Shown here: piece after piece, positions 25,901 through 40,900 of the stretch
Numbering within the stretch: the first letter of the stretch is position 1
Layout of the letters: each line of letters starts with the position of its first letter
NCBI GenBank assembly: GCA_048128005.1
Contig: JBEUKZ010000131.1
Coordinates: 248,001-312,000 of the forward strand
Origin: Veleropilina oligotropha
Lineage: Eukaryota
Direction: 5' to 3'
Length of the DNA stretch: 64,000 nucleotides
Translations under genes and position numbers: made by a program
Notes under the pieces: model-generated
The model's database searches: none
The model's input: only the letters and a program-made list of their open reading frames with translations
What the model was told of the DNA's origin: nothing

Positions 25901-28900
25901 TCAGATGAACTGCCACAGGATGTTGAAGCAGAAGCTACTCTGGGTGAATTGATTGATGAACGGCCTGTAATTGAGGATGTTGAGGCTGATATCAATATAG
26001 AGCAGCCAGAAGAGAAGGCCATTGCTCCAGAAATCCCAGAGGAATCTCCAATCCTTCCTGAGAAACCCACAAAAGATGAGCTGCCTCAGGAAATTCTTGT
26101 TGATGCAACAATAATTGATCACGTTGAGGAAACACCAATCGGTGAAGATGTTGAAGCTGAAATTATATTAACTAAGACTCTGAAAGAGGCCTCACCAGGT
26201 GAAATAATTGAAGAAGCACAGGTATTTGATGTGTCTTCAGAAATCTCCATTCAAGAAACAGCAGATGCTGTATCTGAAGATGTGTCAGCTGAGGTCACAT
26301 TTAGAGAAGAAATCGAAGAACAGCCAGCCACACAGGCGATCGAGGCAGACATTACATTTGAACAGTCAAACGAAGATGTTGCTGTGGAGATCACATTTGA
26401 GGAAAAAGTAGATGATGCTAAAGAACTGACTGTTTATGTTGCTGAGATGCCCGAGGAACTTGTCATCGATGAGGTTTACATTCCTGAGGAACCGCTAGAA
26501 GAAGTTGATATCATGAAAGCACCAGAGGTAGAAATATTTGAGGAAGAAAGCATAGATGTTGCTACTGATGTTGCCAAGAAGGAAACAGAGGACTTACCTC
26601 AGGATGTGTCAGCCAATCTTACACTAGAAAGTGTTGATGAAGGAGATACAAGTGATGTTGAGGGAGACATAACATTAGGTCAACCTCAGAAAGAAGTTTC
26701 ACGTGAGGAAATATCACAGGCCATAACAATTGAGGATCAACTTCCTCGGGATGTATCTGATGTAGACATTGTATTGGATGAAAAGCCAGATGATATATTT
26801 GTCGATGCTACTGTCGCAGAAAAGACCGTTGTTATCAAAGATGTTGTGGAAGAAATTCCAATGAAACCTCAGGAAGAAACCGATGAAAAAAGTTATGAGT
26901 CTATTGTGATTGAAGTTGATACATCAGAAGATATTGAAACTGAAATGTCGATTATGGAAGTGCCACAGGATTTGCCTCAGGATGTGCTTGCAGAAGCCAC
27001 ATTCACAGATGATATCGATGAAGGGCCAAGTGTAGAAGATGTTGAAGGTGATTTCACAATCACTCAACAGACACATGTAAAATATACAAAAGATTCAGAA
27101 CAGATCGAGGAACAGGTTTCCTTTGATGAAAAAGTAGAATTTCTACAACAAGATTTCACCACAGTTGAAATCAGTGACAAAAAACCAATCATTGAGGACA
27201 TCATTTCTGATTTTACAAAAGGCATTCCTGAGGTGGTTCTTCCTGACGAGACCCCAAAAGATGTTGAAGCTGAAATATCACTCAAAGGCAAAGATACACC
27301 TCATGATGTGTCTGCTGCTGCGTCATTTGGAGAAATTATGGACGAACAACCTCAGATTGAGGATGTAGAGGCAGACTTTTCATTCAAGCAGCCACAGGAA
27401 TTGACTGTCGACCAACCAATCATTGATGAGCTGCTCAGTGAAGAAGAATTTGCAGATGAACCAATCATAGTTGATGAAACATCAGATGAGCCAGTCATTG
27501 AAGAGATTGAGTTGGACACTGTTGTGGAACGTCCACAACGGTTTATGCCAGATGATGTCGTGGTTACACATCGCATCACAGAGGAAGTTCGAGTTGAGTC
27601 TCCAGTTGATGATGTCTCTGCCAATCTAACACTTCGTCCTGAAGACGATCGATTCTCGCGGTCGCCGTCTGCTGAGTTCATCATCACTGAGGAAGCTGTG
27701 GACGATATGCCGCATGTGCAAGAGGAATTCACCCTGCAGCAGGTAATTATGGTATATGTCGGTTAACGTAAAACGGTAATAAACTAATATAGGCCTAATA
27801 CTATAGAAACTTACATGCTCTAAGTATACCGATATAAACATTTACAACTAATAATTCTTTTTGGTGACAGATCCAGGTATGATATAATTAAATATTTCTA
27901 CTTTTAATTGGTGACTGGCAAATTTTATTTCAGTCGATAAGTTTGCTGTTTTTCATTATCTTTTATGTGTCAAATTTCTTATTACCGATATGAGATATTT
28001 CTCAATTAATAATTTTCTTCCATCCTCATAACGTTTGCTTTCCTTTTCTGCTCACTATTACACTTTTATCCTTTTCTTGATGAACACGTTTCCTTTATGG
28101 TATGGTTGTAGAGTGTAATAAATATATCTATGTGTTTTTGTCCATATATATATATGCAGTTTTCAAATTAATGATGATGAGCAGTAGATGAGTGATACTT
28201 TTACATTAAAGCAGCTAAATATTTCTTCTGTTCTATCGAACTCTTTCCTTCAGTGTAATTAGATTGCAATCTGTTTGAGCTTAGTGTTGGTTGCTGAAAC
28301 AGATGTCTTCATTACAATGAAGGATTGACTTCCTGGAACTGAACTGAAATAACTAGTTGTTTTCATGCAAAAATAATATATTCCTGCCCGTGTGATTTGT
28401 GCTGTCTAGTGATATTATTATACTGTTGTGGTGTGACAGTTGTATAAATATTATGTGTGATGTCATATTTCTCTGGTGGTAATACTGTGTTGTGTTTTGT
28501 GTGTTTTTATAACTTGTATATTTGTAGTTTTACAGCTTCCTCATTCCTTCCTGTCACATTGGATGCACTCACTTGTGTTATATTCACAACATGCTCTCCA
28601 CAAATGCACTCATACATTCAAGCAAAGGCACAATTTTTGCTGAAGCTTCATGGATGTTGTATCCTTAGGTTTAAAGTTTTATTTGAGTCAATCTGTTGTC
28701 AGCCATGGATGCTGGGAGTATTATTATGAAATTACAGTATATGGTCAAACATGCCATCCGTATCATCCTTTGTGATAACACTTTTAGCATAGAGAGACAT
28801 CATCCTTTCCATCTTTATTAAGGCTCCTAGAAAGAAAGTGTACGAGGATATTTCCATTGAACTAAATGTCGCCCCGAAATTTGAACAACGTCTGTCAGAT

Positions 28901-31900
28901 CAAGAAATCACCGAGGGAGAAACATTTTATCTCACTGTGAAGGTGGCTGGATCACCCCAACCACAGATTACATGGTTAGTAAATAAACTGATTTCCTGGA
29001 AAGAAAAAAAAAATACTGATCCCTTCTGGATTAATGGCATATGCACATTATACATGTAGTAGCTGTCTAACTGTAAGATGGCCATGCATTACAGAAATAC
29101 GTGATATTATATGCAAGATTATTTATGATGTTTTTTCTTAATGTATTTTATGGGAATGCATGTCATGAATCACAATAATAAATTATATTAGTATTACTAA
29201 AAAACTGAAATATAACTTGGAATCTGTATTATATTTTGTGTGCTTAAGGCAGCGAAAAGTAAATCATTATAATGTGTTATAGTGCATGACATGGCACTGC
29301 CATTGAACATGTACAAGGTAAATTTTGGATATGTTCTCAAAATTATCTTATTTGTATTTATTTTTCTAGTTATAGACTGAAAGATTATTGCTATCGATAT
29401 TATACCACCCTTCATCATCTTCATTACAGGTTTAGAGATGATATACAACTTGTACCAACCGAACATGTTTCCATGGTTACTGATGATGACAACAATGTGA
29501 CCTTGATCGTTACGGATGCGACCTTGGACGATGAAGCCCAGTATACATGCAAGGCCACAAACCCTGTCAGTGATGTCTCCTGCACTGCTGATGTTCTGGT
29601 TAATCCAGCAGGTTGGTTACTATTAATTGATAGAGATATTCCATAAAGTAAAGCAGATTTGCTTATGATATGTTTCAATGTCAATGCCCGAAAGGTCTCA
29701 ATTGCTAAGTGGCTCAGAACATGTATTTGATGCATTGGGACATTTAAATGGGGACGTTCCAATCCCATTGATTAATTTTGTCAATGAGTTCATATGATTA
29801 GGACTTCCCATCATATACATCTAGTGTTATAATCCTCGAGTTTAAATTCTTTCTAAGCATTTATGTAATAGAATTTTCATTAATATTAAAGTGGATAGAT
29901 AGCCTACAGTATTCAACAATTCAGAGTCATATTTCATACATGTGATAAACCCAAAATACCATTCCAGGAGGTTGGTGGGGTCAATATTCCAGGAGATTCC
30001 AGAAGTATTTTTATCGGAGCATTTTATCGTCGATTTCGTCATATATTTGAAATTATTTGAATAAAAAGGCATTCATAGAAATGAAATATTATTTTATTTA
30101 TGCAATCAAAAGAATACCAATAAATATTATAATTAAATATATATATATATATTAAACACCGTAAAATAATTATATAATACAACCTTAAATATTTACAATG
30201 CTTATTGCATATATCTTCAGTCAAGTACAATATGCACAGCCTTAATTACTTGATCAGCATAGTAGCATATGTTGTCATAACAAAATTAAACATAAAAAAG
30301 CCGATTATCATTAATCCTCTTATATTTTTAAAAATTCTTGCCGACAATCCAGATTAACTTTGCGGTTAGGCCTAATAGCTATGTACTTTGCCGATAAACG
30401 CGAACTTGTATTAAATCACTCGAGCTCAGAGCATGTCAGTTGCGCTAATCCCTATTATTTGGCAACTCTACTGAAACTCTTGATGAAACCGCCATTCTCG
30501 CTAGTAATTAAACAATAGACGTTTTCATAGAATTTATTCCCAATCAATTTGCTTTATTAGCTCTATTGACATCTAATTCATTGTGAACTACGGGCCTACA
30601 TCAAATAGATCACAACGTTGATTCGAAAATTATCTTCGTGTTAAATAGTAGAAATTTAAATACCCGGTGCGAGATTATTTTGTAACGCAATATAAAGAGA
30701 TATGCAAGTCGGAAAACACTCGTATATTTCCGTAAGTAGTTCCCGAAATTGCTGCGCGACATCTATCAACACAAAAGCACGCTTCAATGTTTCAACAAAA
30801 GAACGCTGAATGCTTGTGGTAAGCGGCGTATCAAACGAATATTTTGACAATAATCTTTATACTCAATCGCGTTCTATCTACACAATTTATGTAGAGGTAT
30901 ATTGTTACAGGATCTACTGTATTTGACGACTTATTAAACGAGTTCCATTTACCGACTCCAACACTATTGTGGCTAAGAAATAACATTGCGAAAATAGCTT
31001 TGAGGGAGAAATCAAGATAATCCGGTAGGAATTTGTCATTTCGGGAGATTTCGGGAGTAGGTCATTTTGGGGGTGCCGATTTCGGGAGAAATATACTCCC
31101 GGCGGGAGGTATCACATGTATGATATTTATCGGGTTATAAATCCAACATGCAGTATACTAGCTGTAATATATGACAACAAACCATTAGATTAGCTAATAT
31201 TTATAGTTTCAAAGGTAGAAGAGGGATATTTTACTAATATTTTCAGGTGAAGCACCCCTGTTCATCAAGAAAATTGCTGACATCGAAGTTCAACTTGGAT
31301 CTAACATTTACCTTGAATGCAGAATTAGAGGTCACCCAGTTCCTGATGTCACTTGGTTCAAGGATGGAATTCCATTGGCTGCCAAGCGATACATGTAAAT
31401 GCATTCATGACATCATGCAATTAACATATATTTAATGCTTGTTTTGAGCTGCTCATAATAGTAATTAGATATTCCAACAGCTTAGAATAAATATACCTAA
31501 AGAACAGCATATCAAGTCTGTTTTGTCATCTTGTTTCGGAATTGTCAAATATCATTGTAGAACATATAAGCAACACATATCAACATGTTGATCAATACAT
31601 ATACACAACTCTCCTCAGCAACTGCTTGCCCAGGCTTCAGTGTCTGGTGATGAATCGAACTAACCACCTGATGCTAAATTTCAAATCCATATCGCATTTA
31701 TTAGGTGGGCACCACATCTATATGTGACACTGACCGTCCGGCTGTCCGTATGTCTGTTCGCGAACAAAATACCTTCTCGATCAGTTGTGCCTCCCTTTTG
31801 CAACTGTGTTGTGATATTTTAATTTGCGTTCAAACTTCATTTGATAACAGAATAAACATGTTTGTAAGAGCGTTCACTTCAAAGAATTTGACTTGAATTC

Positions 31901-34900
31901 ATGATGATTACAGTATGGACTTTATGATCAAATGAAGTCTTGGTTACATTAACCCTGATTGTCAAGACGCATAATTATTCATGTGTATTTTATCCTAAGT
32001 AATGACTTCATCCTTGCTTTCAGAACCAAAATACGTGATGACCTCACTGTGACCTTGACCATCACTGACTGCACCCCTGATGACGAAGGTGATTACACAG
32101 TAAAACTGACCAATGAGAAAGGAGATGCTACGTGCACTGCCGAAGTCATCGTTCACTTGGAGGCTCCTGTGTTCAGTGAGCCTCTTTCTGATGTGGTTTG
32201 TAATGTCAAGGACATAGCCACTCTTCAGTGCAAATTTACTGGAATCCCAAAGCCAACCATCATCTGGAAAGCGAACGACTTACCAATTGAAGATGGACCC
32301 AAGTACCACATTACAACCGACAACGAAACCGCTACATTGAAGATCTCCGAAGTTGGACTCGATGAATCAGAAACCGTGTTTTTATGTAAGGCAGAGAACA
32401 TTGTCGGCGAAGACACAACATCGACGCGCCTCACAGTTCAAGGTCGGTTTATAGCTCTGCGTGCTGTGGTTGTCGTGATTGCGTTGACGTGTTATATGAG
32501 TTACACCAGCATGCTTATTACCCAGAGTGCCTTGCACAGCTCCAATCAGACTTTATCTCATCTTCTGTATACTGGCTATGCTGCACTTCTTATCTACTAA
32601 ATTAATAAATGTGTTCAAGATATTTTGTGTACATTTTTACATTTCTATCTTACATTCAATCAGAGATTTGTTTATATTCATTTTATGGTTGTATATATAG
32701 TTTTACAGCATCATGCGGATGTTAATGCTCACTTAAATTTTTATTTTTATCTAATGCTTTACAATATATAATATATGTGCTCATAGTAACGGTTCTGAGA
32801 CAGAACTGCTTTTATATTAATGCATGTAATCTTATTGTGTATATAATGCTTTTTATCTTTCAATTTTAATATATTTCTTGCTTAAATCTATTTACCTTCT
32901 AGTAATTTACAATATATCTTTCTTGTCATTTTCAATTTTGGATATATCGTAACTGCTCTATCCACTATTGCACAGCCTCTTTTTCGCATTTCTTTTAATG
33001 AGTCTCCATTCTGAACATTGGTATATTATTTGTCTTTGTTAAAGGCTTGGTCTGCTCATTTCTGACTTGGAAACCGATCCGACCACATCGACATTGATTG
33101 GTTGACACATGGTTAAAACAACAGAAAACCAATTACGAAGTGTGTTTTAATTGTTAGAGCAATTATCGCCTCCAGACTTCACAGGCAAACTTGTATACCC
33201 GCCAATGTAAAGCCACACCCCCAACGCCTGGGCAAAATCTTCGACCAGGGGTTCACTTTTCCCGGCCTTTAAGTGAAAAAAAAACGTTTGCAGTCTAGGG
33301 TTATTATAAGCGTTTTTCGCTACTTACGGGCAATGCAACTTTATATAAATTAAGAAATTCATGATGATATCATTGCAACCATTTTTGGCCCGCGTACTAG
33401 GCAGGGCTATAGTCGTGGACTGGCATCCATCATCGTCGGTGTCCGCTAATCGCTTTCTGTCACATAGAAGACGAACCGCTTGACCTATGCTTTTCATATT
33501 TGGTATACACCTTGTATACCATCAGGCCTTGCCCAAGTTCAAAGATGGGGTCAAGGTCATATTCGTGTATTTCCGTTCTTGACTTGGAAGATCGCTTTCT
33601 GTCACATAGAAGACAAACCGCTGGACGTACGCTTTTCATATTTGGTATACCATCAGGCCTTGCTTAAGTTCAAAGATGGGGTCACTGGGTCAAAGGTCAA
33701 GGTCATTTTCGTGTATTTCCGTTCTTGACTTGGAAGATCGCTTTCTGTCACATAGAAGGCGAACCGCTCGACCTACGCTTTTCATATTTGGTTTACACCT
33801 TGTATATATACCATCAGGCCTTGCCTAAGTTCAAAGATGGGGTCACTGGGTCAAAGGTCAAGGTCATTTTCGTGTGTTTCCGTTCTTGACTTGGAAGATC
33901 GCTTTCTGTCACAAAGAAGATGAACCGCTGCACCTACGCTTTTCATATTTGGTATTCACCTTGTATACCATCAGGCCTTACCTAAGTTCAAAGATGGGGT
34001 CACTGGTTCAAAAGTCAAGGTCATTTTCGTGTATTTCCGTTCTTGACTTGGAAGATTGGTTTCTGTCATTTAGAAGACGAACCACTGAAGCTATGCTTTT
34101 CATATTTGGTATACCATCAGGCCTTGCCTATGTTCAAAGATGGGGTCACTGGGTCAAAGGTCAAGGTCATTTTCGTGTATTTCCGTTCTTGACTAGGAAA
34201 ATTACTCTCTGTCACATAGAACACAAACCGCTAGACCTACACCTTTCATATTTGGCATACACCTTGTATACCATTAGGCCTTTCATAAGTTCAAAGTTGG
34301 GGGTCAAAGGTCAAGGTCATTTTCGTGTATTTCCGTTCTTGACTAGGAAAATTACTCTCTGTCACATAGAACACAAACCGCTAGACCTACACCTTTCATA
34401 TTTGGCATACACCTTGTATATCATTAGGCCTTTCATAAATTCAAAGTTGGGGTCACTGGGTCAAAGGTCAAGGTCATATGAACTATTGTAAAATATATAG
34501 GAAATTATATTAGAGTTATTGATTATTTAATCTATGGATGTATTATATACAAAAGGCGGGTCAGTATTTGAAGCATACCTCTAGTTTAATGATGGATGAT
34601 TTTTTTACTATTTACATTAGCTGACTACTTTAGGTATATAATTTTATTTGATAACCCACTTCCTTAATGTCATAGTGGCAGTAAATTAAATTTGTTTGAA
34701 TGAACCGTGCATATATTAGGTTAAGTTTCTCTTTTTACATATATGCGTATATTTATTTCATTTTCATTTTGAAGTAAGTTGTTTCTGCAGTCAGTTGTGA
34801 ATATATGTGCTGTTAATTAAGTTAACCCCTGTTTTACTGTGTCTTCTTTTTTATTTCATTAACGTCTATATAATTTATCATTCATTTCATTGCATGACTG

Positions 34901-37900
34901 TGTTGTTTATATATCCCTTGAATAAATCTTTTACCGTAACGTTTTCTGCATTTAATTTCTAACAGCATGCAGCCCTAGACCTGCATTATTTGTGTGCCTG
35001 CAATAAAGGAAAGCAAGGCAAATTCTATATATGTATAAACAGAACAATGTGAGTTGCATTAATTGTATCCCGGACAAGAGTCAGAGATACTATGCATTTG
35101 TCTTCGATTCGCCACATCCACCGCCTCAGAGATTTCCTGTCGCTGTGTGCACTCTACAGTCAACAGTTATCCGATTGGTTTGAAATTCGATATGCACGTT
35201 AGTTATGATGTAATGATTTTGATAATTTGTGAATTGAAGATGGAATAAACCACCTCAAGTTTTGGGCTCGACGATTTTGCTATATTCATTGCCATGAAAA
35301 CTTGAAGGTATATTTGAGCAGTTTGAGGAGGTTTGAATATGGTCACCCAAGAATCCACAAAGAGGGGTAATATTCTTAAACAGCCTTTTCTTGAATAATG
35401 TCTTAATTAATTACGTCCCATAGGATAACATCTCTTACATTTGTGAAACATGGAACTTGAATATTGAATGGCAAAAGTAAAACGGATTAATATAGTATGA
35501 TCTTAGTATAATGCAAAGCATTCAAATGATGTTGGTAAGCTGAGCATAGTTGATAGCTTATTAGTAGTGTCACAGTTGAGTGTCTGGAATTGTCCTCTGA
35601 TCATGACGAGTCTGGTCCACCACCACAGCGACGTTTAGATAACCACAAGACAGAAACAAATGGAGAGATGCAAGATGCGCGAGGCCATCGAGACACCAGA
35701 TACAACCTGCCACCAATCTACTACAGTTAAAGGCTATTACCGCATTAGTGATCATGCGATACTGAATACCGTATGTTACGTAGCACTGATGAAGTGACCG
35801 TGATGAGCACCAAGGCTATGCTCAGCTTACCAACCGACTTTCAAAGGGTAAAATCAATGATATTGTTATAATGTTAAAAACATCCAAGCAAGAAGTAATG
35901 TGATGAAGCTTGAAGATGAATGCCTCACAGGATCACTATCACCACTATGCTTGTTGCAATGCTTTTTGTTTGGATTTTTAACATTAATCATCTTACTTTT
36001 CGCAACTTATTAATAATAATATTACAGAAATGTAAGAAAGGTAATCTGCGGCTGTAAGATTTGGATTGTTTACTGGATCTATGAACAATGTTTGCTGATC
36101 TCTGAAGAAAATCAAGACCAGCTAGCTACCTTGCATTAGTTCTGATGGGCTTACCTTTATTAATATGTGATTGCCGTACATAATGACAAATGCATAGCAC
36201 CACTTGTTTGCTAGTCTTCAGAAATGTGAATTCAAGAGCTAACAGGCACAGTTGTCTGTAACTGGTTGTGAGGATATGAGCATGTCCTAGGATGACTCGG
36301 GAAGTTGTTAATTGAGACAATAAAGCCCATTGTCACACATTATCAAACCAAAGGATATAAATAAGAGGATAAATTTAATATAAATGGCAATACAATTTAC
36401 AAATGCACTGAAATAAATGCCATAATATCATTATCAATGCCATAATCTCATTATCAATGTTTCTATCATCTTGACTGAACACATGCTGTATGTGAGTGGA
36501 ATTCCCAAAGGTGTGTGCTTGTTTTCTGCAGCAATTGCCTGAAGTCAGCTAACTGATCAGGGCATTTGTCCATAAATACTTGGATGAAATTATTTTATAG
36601 GCAGTTCCATCAGACAGCCTATTCACTAATGGCTCTGTTATCGTAAACACAAGCCAAAACAATTGTCCAGTTGATTTTTACAGCATTATTTTGTATAACT
36701 TCGTGTGGTTTGTACACGTATTTACCTCTCCTCTTAAACTGTGATAGAAGCCACTTGAACAAGAGTCAGAGAAGTTAAGTGTTTGTAAAGCAAAGCTGTT
36801 GTATAACAGAATGGTGTGGTTAAAGAGCATGGTGAGAACAATGCCTGTTTTCTGGGATAAGTATACTCGACCAAAAAAGAAACGCACACCCCACTTTTAT
36901 ATAATTTCACTAGGTTAACAATTTGCCCAAATTTAATGCAATGAAATATTTCGGAGACATTAACTTTCTTGCCTCTATTAAATTAATGAAATAAAAGAAA
37001 AATTTCCCCGACTACAAAAAATTGCATGGAATATTAAAATGCAAACGGTCCGTGCCTTTGCGTCCGTCCGCCCGTACAAATTAAAATTTCTGGAGCGTAT
37101 CTTATAAACCGCTCAATATATCTTTACGAAATTTGGTGAGTGTATTAAGCAGTTGGTGGACTGGTGCATTTGCTAATTGTATCCCTGGATGACAGTCAGG
37201 GATAATATGGTTTAGTCATCGTTCAGCCGCCGCAGAGATTTCTTTTGTGCGCGCTACAGTGAAAAAGTTCTAATCCGATTTGATTCAAATTAGTGTCGAT
37301 AGGTAAGGGATACTGCTGGATTGCACTAAAGGGCGCGCCAAAAGTATAAATTCCTGACCGGTTTCGACCCACCATGGAGTCTTCATCAGAGGAGTGTCCT
37401 AGGTTCCAATTGGGTACAGCCTTTTATACCCTCGCTTGTTGTATCATGGGTTGTCATGGTAATTGCATATTAGCCGTTGTAATAGCCGGGCATGGTGTGA
37501 TGGGTTCTGGGAATGCACGATCGAAATAGCCGTTCGAATTATCCGTTCGAAATAGATATACATGTTTGGTATGATGAGGAAATGGCGCCTATTGATTTTT
37601 GCTACCGTGGGAGGGGCATCCCCTCGACTTGCCGGGTCGATGATTCGCTAGTTTTAATGTTGTGTGGAGATTATTGACAGAGTTATTGCCCTTGTTGTTA
37701 TTTAAGATAAATTGCACGTGCTGACGTACCCGCACATGATCGAATGATCTGCATTTTAATAACCCCTGTAATTTTTTTAGCAGGGAATAATTATCTTTAA
37801 TTTAATTCATTATTGAAAGAAAGAATGTTAGTATCGCGGAAATGTTTTTTTGCCTTAAATTTTCCCAAATTGTTATTACCCTAGTACAATTATCTAAACG

Positions 37901-40900
37901 TGGGGTGTGCGTTTCTTTTTTGGTTGAGTATAAAATGAATATGATGAATTTGTCCTTGATGATGACGAATGCAGACACCCTACTTTGTGATGCTGGTTAT
38001 AATTAATTGAGCATTTTCAGGATGAAGCAGTAATGTAATGTATGAGTTTTATGATGCTTTACTACCTGGTAAACCCTTTGTAGCATGATTTCATAATGGG
38101 GCATGATGGATAATATTCATCCCCAGTGCATGTTGGGAACTTATTGACTTGTAGGTATATAGTTTGCTTGTTGATAGTATGTGTATTGATGTCATACGTT
38201 CACTGAAGTTGCACTGTTAATACGAAATTAGATGTTGGTTGATAGATCCAAACTCTATTCAGGTATACATTATACAGTTGTGGAATATGGCTTCTCTTAC
38301 TTCGATTATTTTCATTATTCTTGGTTTCTCTTACTTCGATTATTTTAATTCTTCTTGGTAATATTTTGGGCATTTGGTGTAAATGTCTTAGATTAGACCA
38401 AAATATGTCTGTTTAACATTTCTTTGGTGCACATTAATGAGGTTTAATTGACGCTTTTCACAAGACAGCATCTCAGTCTTTAAGCATTTTCATATTTGGG
38501 TCTTGATCGGTGTATTCTTTCTATTACTGAGTATTGTGATATTTGAAAATTAACTTAGGTACATGTTGCTTCATTAAACATCTGCAAGTGTTTTTATAAA
38601 CAAATTATATTGTGCAGATAAATATCATCAAATTGATATATTTACATACGAACAAATTTTGTCTTATACTTTTTTTATCTTTGTGGTGATTGCAAATCAT
38701 AAGTTTAATTTGTTCATTATTTTAAACTTGATTGCTAATGATTGACAATTTTCATGTCACTGTTAATTAGAATAATTAAGTCGGTAGATTATTTGCATCG
38801 TATTGTCTTGTAGTTCCTGCTCGTATTTTGTCGTGCCCCAGTTCTGTATCTCTGGATGGAGGGGAGACAATCACCCTCTCTTGCAATATTGACGGTATAC
38901 CAGCACCCACCGCTACCTGGAGTTGTAACGGAGTACCTGTAGTAAACGACGACCACCATGAGATCAAGGTCACCCCCGACAAAGTCACGCTGACCATTCC
39001 TGACTCCCAGGAATCGGACAGCGCCACCTATACCCTGAACGTGGACAACGGCATCGGATCAGACAGTGTCCATGTCACAGTCATTATCAAAGGTAGGCTT
39101 CAGGTTATATGATAAAGTATAACTGTGTCCCAGAATAAATATAAGCTCTTAGAACTGTTGCAATAATTTAAATATGAATAAAAAGATGAGGCTCTATAAT
39201 TTTGAAGCTCATGCCATGCAGATATACATGACCATCCTGTTCCACTCTAGATATAACATCTTAGTTTCCTATGAAATGTCTGCATTCAGTACATGACACT
39301 TTATGACAATATATACTGACAAGGCACAAGCTTAATAATATTACAAATGGAAAGCAGTGGAATTGTGGATTCACCCACGAACGTCTCGCTGTAAAAATTT
39401 TAATCTGTTATACTGTATTTTTACGCCAAAGATATTTCATTATTTGTTAAGTTATATGATTTGTTAATTGAAATCTAATGTAAAATAGTGAACACTGTTT
39501 TTTCAGCTATCACCTTCCCTCACCATGGTAAAAAATTGATGTCTGTACATATAAACTGTTTACATTCTTTTTAATTTCAACCTCAGAATGTAGGCATAAC
39601 ATTTATAATAATAATAATAATAATTAAAGCTGCGAGCAGCTGTGAGGGCTTCAATCAGATAAACGAAATAAAAAAAAGACGTAAAATACAAAAAAATAAA
39701 AAAGTTTAATTTAAAAAAAAAAAAAAATTACAAAAAAATACTAAATTTAAAAAAAATTTTTTTATGTTTTAAGATATACATATGGCCACTCTGAATCGAA
39801 TGCCGCCAATCTTAGATTTCTACGCCGAAAGTGCTAGGGGGGGCCGGAAAATTTTGAAACCTAGATGCTATGAAATCTATTATCTTGTGCATTAACCTAT
39901 GATGGAAATTAAGAAGTATCTATAATAATGAATGCGCAACTGGACTGACCAACAAAATATCAATGTTTTCACCATATATTAACAGTTAATGAATCATGTA
40001 GCCTTCTGTTGGCTAAATGTTTACTTAAGCCTGATAGCAGAACTTCTCAAGGGCCTTGCTGTCCACTGGACAGGGTTGCCACGCGGCTTTATGACACCTC
40101 AAAGAGACAGGCTCATAAACTGCCTACTTCATCTGATAAGGCAATTAGCACTGAGCTGGTCGCGCCGAAATGAGACGAGGAATTAAAATAGTATTTTTTA
40201 AACAATGAAAGTACTTATTGTATTCTTGTCACAATTCTCTAATATAACGATCTTTATATAGTATATTTTATGCGAAAATCTGGAAGAAAAAGGACGATTT
40301 TTAGAGGCGCTATGAAGCAATATTCATCTAAAAAAACTAAGTCTAATAACTCTCAAGCAACTCATTTTAGCGATGTATTCTATAGATATTACATTAGATA
40401 TTTTCGATACGAATAAAATGAATTGCGTCATGTTTCATATAAATGAAAATTAAAGAAGTTACAGTCAATTTAATATTAAATTTAATGTCTTCATAACTCC
40501 TTTTTAGCTCGTCTGTTTGTGAAAACATAAAGAGCTATTGTCACCACTCCGGCGTCGGCGTCGGCGTCTGCGTCGGCGTCGTCGGCGTCGGCGTCGTCCG
40601 GATTTGGTTAACCTTTGCGTTTGAGTCAGTTTTTCAGCAACTACTGGGCCTAGGTCTACCAAACTTGGCTATCACTTACTCATTGGGTGCCTCACCACAA
40701 TCCACCCACTATGCTTGAATGACTTAGTAATTTTATGCTTAATTTGTGCCCTGAAATGCTGGTTAACCTTTGCGTTCGAGTCAGTTTTTCAGCAACTGCT
40801 GGGCCTATGTCTACCAAACTTGGCTATCACTTACTCCTTGTGTGTGTCACCCCAAACCACCCACCCATGCACATCCTTGACCTACTTTTTATGCTTGAAT

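Noticed and set aside
21..27841. Many Ser-rich minus-strand ORFs
   Set aside because: Antisense shadows of GAA/GAT-rich coding exons and their repeats.
33190..33355. CCAAT, CACCC and TATA-like motifs suggesting an internal (Cronos-like) promoter
   Set aside because: Short motifs expected by chance, and no supportable first exon with ATG and donor downstream.
33480..34491. Repetitive ORFs up to 205 aa (similar case at 40715-41350)
   Set aside because: Translations of satellite units inside non-autonomous elements; no domain signature or usable splice context.
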